Positions 55,683-63,385 of a stretch of 64,000 nucleotides of DNA are shown piece by piece; the stretch's first letter is position 1, and every line of letters begins with the position of its first letter. Source of the stretch: an uncultured Verrucomicrobiota bacterium (lineage in GTDB: Bacteria; Verrucomicrobiota; Verrucomicrobiia; Limisphaerales; UBA1319); contig CAZIDG010000002.1 of assembly GCA_964538065.1 (NCBI GenBank), positions 25,229 to 89,228 of the forward strand, read 5' to 3'. The position numbers and the translations under genes were made by a program. A model generated the notes under the pieces. That model worked only from the letters and a program-made list of their open reading frames with translations, ran no database searches and was not told the origin of the DNA.

Positions 55683-56243
55683 ATGATAAAACGCTTTTTA
55701 CTGATCGGATGTGCGCTGCTAATGGCCTTATCTGTTGGTGCCCAGCCACATCCAGGCCCTGGTCCTCGGCCTCCAGCAGGGCCATCCTTTCATGGCCATC
55801 ATCACCATGGTGGTGATATTGCGGGAGGGATTGCGGTTGGCATTGTGGCTGGTGCCGTTCTGCACGATATTCTGAGTCCTCCGCCACCGCCATATCCGTA
55901 TCCTCCTTATGCTCTGGTACCTGCACCACGGCCAAGACCCAATTTAATGGTGGGCGGAGCCATCGTGGGAGGGGTGGCTGGTGGCATTATTGGCCACAAT
56001 AATGGTCGCCACGGTTGGGAAGGGGCTGCGATTGGGGTGGGGGCAGGATTGGTGGTCGGCGGGGTAGCGGAATGCATAGTCCGTCGTCCTTATTGGTATG
56101 CTCCTCAACCACAGCCAGTTGCGCAAACAACGGTGTATCAAACCACAACGGTTACCACCTCACAACAACAGGTGGCCACGACGGCGCAGGCTGATTCTGG
56201 TACTTCCTCGATGGCGGCCGCCAATGCGCTTTTTGGACGGTAA
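55683..56243 (+). CDS. Exported Pro/His-rich glycine-zipper protein
   Basis: Signal peptide MIKRFLLIGCALLMALSVGAQP, His run HGHHHHGG, and two Gly-zipper segments (IAGGIAVGIVAGAV; GGAIVGGVAGGIIG...GAAIGVGAGLVVGG). Upstream in-frame starts exist at 55617 and 55659. Confidence 0.65.
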   Translation: MIKRFLLIGCALLMALSVGAQPHPGPGPRPPAGPSFHGHHHHGGDIAGGIAVGIVAGAVLHDILSPPPPPYPYPPYALVPAPRPRPNLMVGGAIVGGVAGGIIGHNNGRHGWEGAAIGVGAGLVVGGVAECIVRRPYWYAPQPQPVAQTTVYQTTTVTTSQQQVATTAQADSGTSSMAAANALFGR

Positions 56244-56277
56244 CCTTTTGAACTCTCAAGTGTCTTTTAAACTGAAT

Positions 56278-56910
56278 ATGCAAATCCATATTGTTCGCAA
56301 AGTGATGCTGGCCAGCGTAGTTGCCGGCATGGGCCTAATGATGGGATGTGCCTCTGGGGTAAAAAATCCTTCGGGTGTTCCCGTTACGGAGATGAAGGCC
56401 GATGAGCGGGGATTCGTTGCGGGTACCGGCGTGGAATCCCAGGATCTGGTGATGGTGACTGAAAAAATGGCGCGGAGCATTCTGGGGATCCCCGAGATTG
56501 CAAATGCCTCAACAGCTCCTCGTGTTGTCCTCGAACCGGTGGTAAACGATACCCGTTTTGCCTTCAATAAGGATATATTCCTCAACCGAATTCGTATCCA
56601 ATTGAATTCGAAAGCGGCAGGGAAGGTGCGTTTCTTGGCGCGCGAGCAAATGGCTGCCCTGGAACGTGAACGCCAACTCAAACAGAGCGGTCAGGTTACC
56701 AGCAGCAGCGATCCCAATGTTGTTGAGTTCAAGGGGGCCGATTATTTTCTGACGGGCAAATTGCAGGGAATGACGACCAAGACCTCAACGGGGGTCAGCG
56801 ATTATGTGCTTTATTCCTTTCAATTGATCAGTGCTCGTACCAGCGAGATTGTCTGGGAAGATGCGGCTGAAATTAAAAAACAGGGTCTGGAGGATGCCGC
56901 ATATCGGTAA
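56278..56910 (+). CDS. Lipoprotein with an LpoB/COG3417-like domain
   Basis: Starts at the ATG at 56278 with a lipobox signal (MLASVVAGMGLMMGC). RVVLEPVVNDTRF ... ADYFLTGKLQGMTTK ... YVLYSFQLISARTSEIVWE resembles the LpoB-type fold family. Confidence 0.7.
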   Translation: MQIHIVRKVMLASVVAGMGLMMGCASGVKNPSGVPVTEMKADERGFVAGTGVESQDLVMVTEKMARSILGIPEIANASTAPRVVLEPVVNDTRFAFNKDIFLNRIRIQLNSKAAGKVRFLAREQMAALERERQLKQSGQVTSSSDPNVVEFKGADYFLTGKLQGMTTKTSTGVSDYVLYSFQLISARTSEIVWEDAAEIKKQGLEDAAYR

Positions 56911-56937
56911 TCCTTTTGCATCAATTGACATATCGAG

Positions 56938-58128
56938 ATGGTGGCAATGAAGAACACGCGCTGGATCGGGGTGCTTTGCGTTGTGTGGCTGATGGCCACA
57001 GGATGCGAAACCACCAGCAACCAATGGGCATCGACGGGCAATCCCCAGGCCGATGCCAAATTGGCTGTGGAAAAGGGTCCCGCCAAGGATCGCGTCCTCT
57101 GGGAATACCGCCTTGCTGCCAATGGCATGCGGTCGGGCAATTTCACCGAAGCACGCCAAACCCTTGACGATGTTGTCCTTCATTTGGGGGGCTTGACCGC
57201 TGGCGATAAAAGCGCCCGCCAAGCCCGGGGGTATTTTCATGCAGAAGACAAGAAATTCTTCCGGGGCGAGCCGTACGAGCGGGTGATGGCTTATTATTAT
57301 CGTGGCATCCTCTATTGGATGGATGGAGAGCCCGATAATGCCCGTGCTTGTTTTCGAAATGCTCAAGTTCAGGATAGTGATACGGAGCAAAAGGAATATG
57401 CCAGCGATTACGTCCTGCTGGATTATTTGGAGGGTTTGGCTACTGCGAAACTGGCGGGCGACGGCTCGGATGCCTTCAAACGCGCCGAAAAAAATGCCAA
57501 AGGAGTCCCGCTTCCCCCCAAGGATCCCAGCGCTAATGTCCTGGTCTTTATCGAAGCCGGACGCGGGCCTGTCAAGTATGCCACAGGCGAATATGGGGAA
57601 GAATTAAGGTTCATGCCGGGAAGGTCGGATGCGGTCCAATTTCGGGTGAGAATCGGAGACGTCGTGCAGGAGGCCCGTGCGATCGATGATTTGTCCTACC
57701 AGGCCACTACGCGTGGAGGCCGTGTCATGGATCATATTTTGGGTAACAAGGCCGTGTTCAAATCCGCAACCGATACCATAGGCAATGTGGCCATCGTGGG
57801 CGGTGCGGTGATGGCCACCCAAAGACAGACTACAGAAGCAGGATTGGGATTGCTGGCCTTTGGGTTGGCGAGTAAAATCATCTCTGCCTGCACAACCCCT
57901 GCAGCCGACACGCGATGCTGGGATAATTTACCCCAGTGTTTGAGCTTCACTGCCTTGAAGGTGCCTCCCGGCCCCCGTCAGGCCATCATTGAATTTTTCG
58001 ATATCGGTGGACGTCCACTGTACGGACTGACCAAGACGATTCAATTCACAGTGCCAAACGGACCGAAAGATTTGGTTTTATTCGTTAGCGATCAATCGAA
58101 AACTCCTCAAATTTATGAAAGCAAATAA
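56938..58128 (+). CDS. Lipoprotein of unknown family (396 aa)
   Basis: Lipobox signal (WIGVLCVVWLMATGC). Helical TPR-like N-terminal half (RVMAYYYRGILYWMDGEPDNARACFRNA). Gly-rich hydrophobic segment (IGNVAIVGGAVMATQ...GLGLLAFGLASKII). Beta-rich C-terminus. Confidence 0.75.
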   Translation: MVAMKNTRWIGVLCVVWLMATGCETTSNQWASTGNPQADAKLAVEKGPAKDRVLWEYRLAANGMRSGNFTEARQTLDDVVLHLGGLTAGDKSARQARGYFHAEDKKFFRGEPYERVMAYYYRGILYWMDGEPDNARACFRNAQVQDSDTEQKEYASDYVLLDYLEGLATAKLAGDGSDAFKRAEKNAKGVPLPPKDPSANVLVFIEAGRGPVKYATGEYGEELRFMPGRSDAVQFRVRIGDVVQEARAIDDLSYQATTRGGRVMDHILGNKAVFKSATDTIGNVAIVGGAVMATQRQTTEAGLGLLAFGLASKIISACTTPAADTRCWDNLPQCLSFTALKVPPGPRQAIIEFFDIGGRPLYGLTKTIQFTVPNGPKDLVLFVSDQSKTPQIYESK

Positions 58129-58528
58129 ATGCCTCATGGCGCTGGCCGCCGCCTTCGTGTTGGTGTTGCCTGGTTGCCATTCCGGCGCCTATGCCCCCAA
58201 AAACACGGCCAAATACGACCTGGAAAACCAAATATCATTTGTCCTGATGGATTCGGGCGCCCGCAAGTCGATCACTTGTTCTGGAATTCAGCAGAAGACT
58301 CTGCCCGACGGCCGACTCGAGGTGGTGGCCAACATCCGAAATCGTGAAAACCGCCGCATTCAGGTCCAGGTGGACTGCGTCTTCAAGGATGAACAGGGTT
58401 TCCCCACTGGGGATGAAACACTGTGGCAGACCTTGATTTTGACAGAAAACGGCCAGGAGGGAGTGTCCTTTACTTCGATGAATAATCTGGCCAAAAAATA
58501 TACCATCCGTGTTCGGCAGTCCCGTTAA
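58115..58528 (+). CDS. YcfL-like (DUF1425-type) small lipoprotein
   Basis: Lipobox signal (MALAAAFVLVLPGC). LEVVANIRNRENRRIQVQVDCVFKDEQGFPTGDETLWQTLIL resembles the YcfL family pattern. Overlaps the upstream gene by 14 nt. Confidence 0.65.
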   Translation: MKANKCLMALAAAFVLVLPGCHSGAYAPKNTAKYDLENQISFVLMDSGARKSITCSGIQQKTLPDGRLEVVANIRNRENRRIQVQVDCVFKDEQGFPTGDETLWQTLILTENGQEGVSFTSMNNLAKKYTIRVRQSR

Positions 58529-58552
58529 GCTGGGGCCTTCAAAAGGATAGTT

Positions 58553-59539
58553 ATGAAATGTACATTTGCTGTTTTAGGTGCCCTCATTTGCGTTGCGATG
58601 GCACATGCGGCCAAACCGGAGCCAGTTACCCCCATGAAGAAGCTGCCTCCGGAGCAACCCGCAACGGTTGTCGTGACCACGACAACCACCACAACCACGA
58701 CGACGGCCAACGTTGTTGCCCCGGCGGAGAATCAGAAGCTCTACGGCGGCAGGCCGGTGTTGATAACTCCCGAACAGGCTCGTTCCGTAATTGATCGTTT
58801 TAAGGCCTTTTACCCAAAACTTGGCAGCCCGCGAGTGCTTATCTATGTGAATCGAGAACTTGTGGATGAGGAGTCTGGTCTTAAACTGGCAAGCCGTTCA
58901 CAAAGCGTGCATGAATCCCAGGGATCCATCACCAGTGATGCCCCTGCAAGCAAGGAGGTGAAAGTGGATTCTCCAGGCGTTTCTGTCAAAACTACTGGCG
59001 ATGGCAGCCGGACAAATACCTATATCAGTCAGCAAGCATCGCACGATACGAGCTATAAAACACAGGATCCCCGCAAATTATCCCTGGCTGACCGCCAAAC
59101 CATGCGCGATGTCGAACGTTTATTCGGACGTCCCTTGCGCATGGCAGGCACGAAATTGGCTGATCAACGACTGGCCACCCAGATGCTCGATGGACGCCCC
59201 ATATCCGCCTTCGATGTCACGGCTGACAACGAACAGTCCCGCAAGGATCGTGAGGCGCTCAAGAAGGTGGCCGACGTGGTGATCGAGGTATTGATTTCCT
59301 CACGTGAAATAACCGCTGTCGAGGTGTCTGGGGATAAGACCTACAGTGTGCCGGATATTCATGCGACAGCCTTGCGTTTGAGCGATGCCCGCATTTTAGG
59401 GCAGGCGACTGCGGCAGATATCCTGGGCAAAGGATCGCAGACGGCAGACATTGTGCGCAGTTACGGGATGAATGATATCACCGAGGTTACAGTCTTCTCA
59501 CTCATGGAAGACATGATGCTGGAATCTGCCCAGCAATAG
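58553..59539 (+). CDS. Secreted hypothetical protein (328 aa) with a Thr10 tract
   Basis: Signal peptide MKCTFAVLGALICVAMAHA. Thr10 is encoded at 58676-58705 with mixed ACC/ACG/ACA codons. No family recognised. Confidence 0.75.
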   Translation: MKCTFAVLGALICVAMAHAAKPEPVTPMKKLPPEQPATVVVTTTTTTTTTTANVVAPAENQKLYGGRPVLITPEQARSVIDRFKAFYPKLGSPRVLIYVNRELVDEESGLKLASRSQSVHESQGSITSDAPASKEVKVDSPGVSVKTTGDGSRTNTYISQQASHDTSYKTQDPRKLSLADRQTMRDVERLFGRPLRMAGTKLADQRLATQMLDGRPISAFDVTADNEQSRKDREALKKVADVVIEVLISSREITAVEVSGDKTYSVPDIHATALRLSDARILGQATAADILGKGSQTADIVRSYGMNDITEVTVFSLMEDMMLESAQQ

Positions 59540-59556
59540 TGGACTGCTTTTATCGG

Positions 59557-59589
59557 TTGGGAGGCGGAGGTCAACCCTCCGCCTCCCAA
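59557..59589. terminator. 14-bp perfect hairpin between convergent genes (candidate bidirectional terminator)
   Basis: TTGGGAGGCGGAGG (59557-59570) pairs perfectly with CCTCCGCCTCCCAA (59576-59589), with loop TCAAC. Lies between the stop at 59539 (+) and the hcp stop at 59605 (-). No U-tract. Confidence 0.55.
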
Positions 59590-59604
59590 CGATGGGTATC
59601 CCAA

Positions 59605-61248
59605 TCAAGCCATGATGCTGGCGAGGTCTTTTTCCGCAGTCGTGATGGGCATCAGGTTAAACTTGTCTACCAACACCTGCAGCACTGCCGGTGTCACAAA
59701 GGCAGGAAGACTTGGTCCCAGCCGGATGTTCTTTATACCCAAATAGAGCAGGGTGAGTAGAATGCATACGGCTTTTTGTTCATACCAGGACAGGATCAGG
59801 GATAGCGGCAATTCATTCACTCCACATTGAAATGCCTTTGACAGGGCCACCGCGACCTGAATGGCGGAATAGGCGTCGTTACATTGACCCATGTCCAACA
59901 GACGCGGGATGCCACCGATGGTGCCAAAGTCCAGCTTGTTGAACCGATATTTGCCACACGCCAGGGTCAGAATGACGCAGTCCTTGGGGACGGACTCGGC
60001 GAATTGTGTGTAATAATTTCGTCCTGTTTTTGCGCCATCACACCCGCCAATAAGGAAGAAGCGTTTAATGGCTCCGCGCTTTACTGCATCAATGACCTGT
60101 CCGGCCACACCCATGACGGTGTTATGCCCGAAACCGACAAGGATGGTTTTGGCTGAACCCTCCTCGGCAAAACCTGGTGCTTCAAGGGCGGCAGCAATTA
60201 CTGGCGCAAAATCCCGATCAGCAATATGTTTGACGCCTGGCCATGCAACCAGGCCCGATGTGAAAATGCGTGTCTTATAGGTTGGCGCAGGTTCCTGAAT
60301 GCAGTTGGTCGTCATGAGAATGGCACCTGGAAATGCATTGAACTCGTCTTTTTGATCCTGCCAGGCACCACCATAATTTCCAACCAGATGCTTGTACGCC
60401 TTTAACTTGGGATAACCATGGGCAGGCAGCATTTCACCATGGGTGTACACATTGATCCCAGTGCCCTCAGTTTGTTTGAGCAGTTCCTCCAAATCCTTTA
60501 AATCGTGACCGGAAACAAGGATCGCCTTGCCTTTCACAGGCTCAATACGAACCGGGGTGGGTACAGGGTGGCCATATGCACCCGTGTTGGCAGCATCCAG
60601 CAACCCCATGACCTTGAAATTGATCTCTCCGCACTTCATATTCATCGCAAGAAGAGATTCAACAGATATATTCTCAAGCGTCAGGTAGTTTAGCGCCTCG
60701 TGGAAGAAGGCATAAACATCCTCGGACTCCTGTCCCAAAAGCATGGCGTGATCAGCATAGGCTGCGGTCCCTTTGAGACCGTAAGTTAATAATTCCATCA
60801 GACCAGTGACATCCGGGCCCACAGAATCCCTGCGTGCCAGAATGCCTACGGTTTGCCCCTGTCTGATAAGGCCTTCCGTTGTGGGGGCTGGAATCCAGGT
60901 TGCGGGTCCCTTGATCACCTCGGGTGTCCCTCCAGATCTGCGACAGGCGTTTTCATAGAGATCCTTCGCTTGATCGCGGACCATGGCGGCCCTTTTGGCC
61001 AAATCTGCAAGACGATCCGAGTCGAAGTTTACATTGGTAACCGTCGTAAAAAGTGCCTCCATGACAAACACATCCACATCATGGTTATGGGCGCCCAAGA
61101 GGCGTGCGCGGTGTGCGTATTGGGCGATCCCCTTGGTGGCAAAGACAATTAGATCCTGTAACGAGGCGCTGTTTTCATCCTTGCCGCATACGGAAAAGGT
61201 GCAGCATCCCGTACCCTTTGAGGTTTGTTCACATTGGTAGCAGAACAT
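59605..61248 (-). CDS. hcp: Hydroxylamine reductase / hybrid-cluster protein
   Basis: N-terminal Cys cluster MFCYQCEQTSKGTGCC...VCG. 547 aa. Internal conserved blocks: SGHDLKDLEELL, MTTNCIQ, FLIGGCDG, LTLACGKYRF, DMGQCNDAYSAI. Confidence 0.95.
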   Translation of the reverse strand: MFCYQCEQTSKGTGCCTFSVCGKDENSASLQDLIVFATKGIAQYAHRARLLGAHNHDVDVFVMEALFTTVTNVNFDSDRLADLAKRAAMVRDQAKDLYENACRRSGGTPEVIKGPATWIPAPTTEGLIRQGQTVGILARRDSVGPDVTGLMELLTYGLKGTAAYADHAMLLGQESEDVYAFFHEALNYLTLENISVESLLAMNMKCGEINFKVMGLLDAANTGAYGHPVPTPVRIEPVKGKAILVSGHDLKDLEELLKQTEGTGINVYTHGEMLPAHGYPKLKAYKHLVGNYGGAWQDQKDEFNAFPGAILMTTNCIQEPAPTYKTRIFTSGLVAWPGVKHIADRDFAPVIAAALEAPGFAEEGSAKTILVGFGHNTVMGVAGQVIDAVKRGAIKRFFLIGGCDGAKTGRNYYTQFAESVPKDCVILTLACGKYRFNKLDFGTIGGIPRLLDMGQCNDAYSAIQVAVALSKAFQCGVNELPLSLILSWYEQKAVCILLTLLYLGIKNIRLGPSLPAFVTPAVLQVLVDKFNLMPITTAEKDLASIMA

Positions 61249-61354
61249 ATGTTTTGGCTTGTTTATGTTATTCTAGTGCAAAGCGAGACCACCCGCCTGA
61301 CAAACATCGATTTCAAATGTTGACTCAGAATAAGCTGTTGGCTGGGTTCACGCC

Positions 61355-61368
61355 TTGACCTGAGTCAA
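61355..61368. promoter_or_regulatory. Crp/Fnr-family-type palindrome TTGAC-N4-GTCAA upstream of hcp
   Basis: Perfect inverted repeat TTGAC CTGA GTCAA, 106 nt upstream of the hcp ATG. On the hcp strand a TATTCT hexamer (61332-61327) follows after a 22-nt gap, which is the geometry of a class II (-41.5) FNR/CRP-type promoter. An extra TTGAC half-site lies at 61320-61324. Confidence 0.45.
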
Positions 61369-61564
61369 GCCCATCAAGGATTTCGGCAGCAATTCCATGG
61401 GGGTACGGCCTTTTCATGCTTCTGACAGTATAGCTTCGAAATCATTTACTCACAACCCATGAAATGACGTGTTGCCCATGATCACAGCATACCTCTGAGC
61501 ACAAATCGAATCGGAGGGGGAATGGCTCGACCATTGTCCCACCGTGGGGTAAATTAGACGAAGG

Positions 61565-63379
61565 GTGAAGTTGTTTTTGGAGAGTTTTGAGGGATTATGG
61601 AAGCTGTGTGGCGCATTTTGGCGTCAACACTGGCGGGGGGCCTTGCGTGTTCGCGAGCGTCTGAAGATCAGCGAAGAGGCTGTCCATCTTCTACTGGCGG
61701 GCGTGGTTGGCATCATGGGAGGAATCGTCAATCTGGTGTTTCACGTGGCGGGTGCCGGAATTGAGCACGTCGTACGTCCCGCGCGATCATACTATGAAAA
61801 CCTGAGTTCATTGTCAGATGCATTGTGGCCATTGTTGATGCCAGCCGTTGGAGCTTTGATTGCGGGCAGTGTCTTGTATTGGGGCCTCAGGCTGGCGACA
61901 CGGAAGGGGCCGGGCAACCTCTTGGAGGTTGTAAAAGCAGGGGATGGTCGGTTGCCCATGGGACGAGGTGTGGCTTGTGCCTGTTCTTCTTTGTTGAGCA
62001 TCAGTTCAGGGAGTTCCATAGGGCGCGAGGGAATGATTGTCCACCTGGCATCAACGTTGGCATCGAAATGGGGGCAGGTGGCACGATGGCAGCCCTACCG
62101 GTTGCGGCTGCTTGTTGGATGTGGTGCGGCTTCGGGGATGGCGGCAGCCTATAATGCCCCTGTGGGCGGCGCCGTTTTTGCAGCCCAGATCGTGTTTGGC
62201 AATTTCAGCATGCACCTGTTCGCGCCCTTGGTGTTTTCTGCGGTGGTGGCATCAATGGTATCGCGTACCTTTTTCGGCCTCAAACCATGGTACCAGCTCC
62301 CGTCTTTTGAGTTTTCGAATCTGCAACAATTGCCCTGGTTTCTTGTGCTGGGTGTGGTTTCCGGGGTGGTTGGAGCCTTGTTTTTGAAGGCGCTGAATTT
62401 CAGCTCTCGCATGTTTGCCAAAACTCAGTGGCCGATTTATTTGCGAATGGCGTTTGGAGGCCTGCTCGTTGGCGCCATTTCACTGAAATGGCCCGAAGTA
62501 TGGGGAAATGGATATGAGGCAACCAATACTGTCCTTCTTGAAGAGTTAACACTTTTATATTTGGCTGGTCTCTTGGCGGCAAAAGTGTCTGCCACGTTGA
62601 TCACCGTGGGTTCGGGAGCGGTGGGAGGTGTGTTTACTCCCACAATGTTCATCGGTGCAACAGTGGGGTGCATCTTCGGCGTCCTGTTGCACACCCTGGG
62701 AATTGCCATCACTTTGCCCACGGGTGTGTTCGCTGTGGTTGGCATGGGAAGTGTTTTATCGGCAACATTACATTCCCCATTGCTGGCCATGATCATGGTA
62801 TTCGAGCTATCCACCAACTATACATTCATGCCTCCCTTGATGCTCGCCTGTGTCATCAGTGTCCTGGTGTCGAAGTATATCCATGCGGACTCGGTTTATA
62901 CCGAGCCCCTGCGCGCGCGCGGACTGGCCTTTGAAACTGACCATGTGGAAGCAGGATTGATTTCCCATAAAACCGTCGGAGACCTCATGCGGGAACCTGT
63001 GACACCTCTGTTGGTGACCACACCTTTTCGCCAGGTGGCTGATCGATTTCTAACCAGCCCGAATAATTATTTGCCCGTTGTCGATCTTCAAAATCACATT
63101 GTTGGCGTGATTGCACTCCACGATCTCAAGGAACATCTGAATGCCGGCGAGGAATTGAGCCTGGTGATTGCCTATGACATCATGCGCCCTCCACCAGTCG
63201 TATTGACACCCACCCAAAGATTGATGGATGCCTTGCCCATGTTACTCACCTGTGATTTACGCAATCTGCCTGTCGTTAATAGCCCACAGGAGAAACGACT
63301 GGTCGGCTCGCTATCGCGCGCGGAAGCCCTGGGATTGTTGTCGGAAGCGCTGGCCCATCCCCCTGGCAATGGGAGATGA
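61565..63379 (+). CDS. ClC-family voltage-gated chloride channel / H+-Cl- antiporter with a C-terminal CBS pair
   Basis: ClC selectivity motifs GSSIGREGM and GGVFTPTMFIGA, a polytopic core, and a CBS pair (GDLMREPVTPLLV ... NYLPVVD; IMRPPPVVL ... RNLPVVN). GTG start. Confidence 0.9.
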   Translation: MKLFLESFEGLWKLCGAFWRQHWRGALRVRERLKISEEAVHLLLAGVVGIMGGIVNLVFHVAGAGIEHVVRPARSYYENLSSLSDALWPLLMPAVGALIAGSVLYWGLRLATRKGPGNLLEVVKAGDGRLPMGRGVACACSSLLSISSGSSIGREGMIVHLASTLASKWGQVARWQPYRLRLLVGCGAASGMAAAYNAPVGGAVFAAQIVFGNFSMHLFAPLVFSAVVASMVSRTFFGLKPWYQLPSFEFSNLQQLPWFLVLGVVSGVVGALFLKALNFSSRMFAKTQWPIYLRMAFGGLLVGAISLKWPEVWGNGYEATNTVLLEELTLLYLAGLLAAKVSATLITVGSGAVGGVFTPTMFIGATVGCIFGVLLHTLGIAITLPTGVFAVVGMGSVLSATLHSPLLAMIMVFELSTNYTFMPPLMLACVISVLVSKYIHADSVYTEPLRARGLAFETDHVEAGLISHKTVGDLMREPVTPLLVTTPFRQVADRFLTSPNNYLPVVDLQNHIVGVIALHDLKEHLNAGEELSLVIAYDIMRPPPVVLTPTQRLMDALPMLLTCDLRNLPVVNSPQEKRLVGSLSRAEALGLLSEALAHPPGNGR

Positions 63380-63385
63380 GTCTGT

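Noticed and set aside
58525-58710. 61-aa minus-strand ORF encoding a poly-Val run
   Set aside because: It is the antisense reading of the Thr10-coding tract and overlaps two well-supported plus-strand genes.
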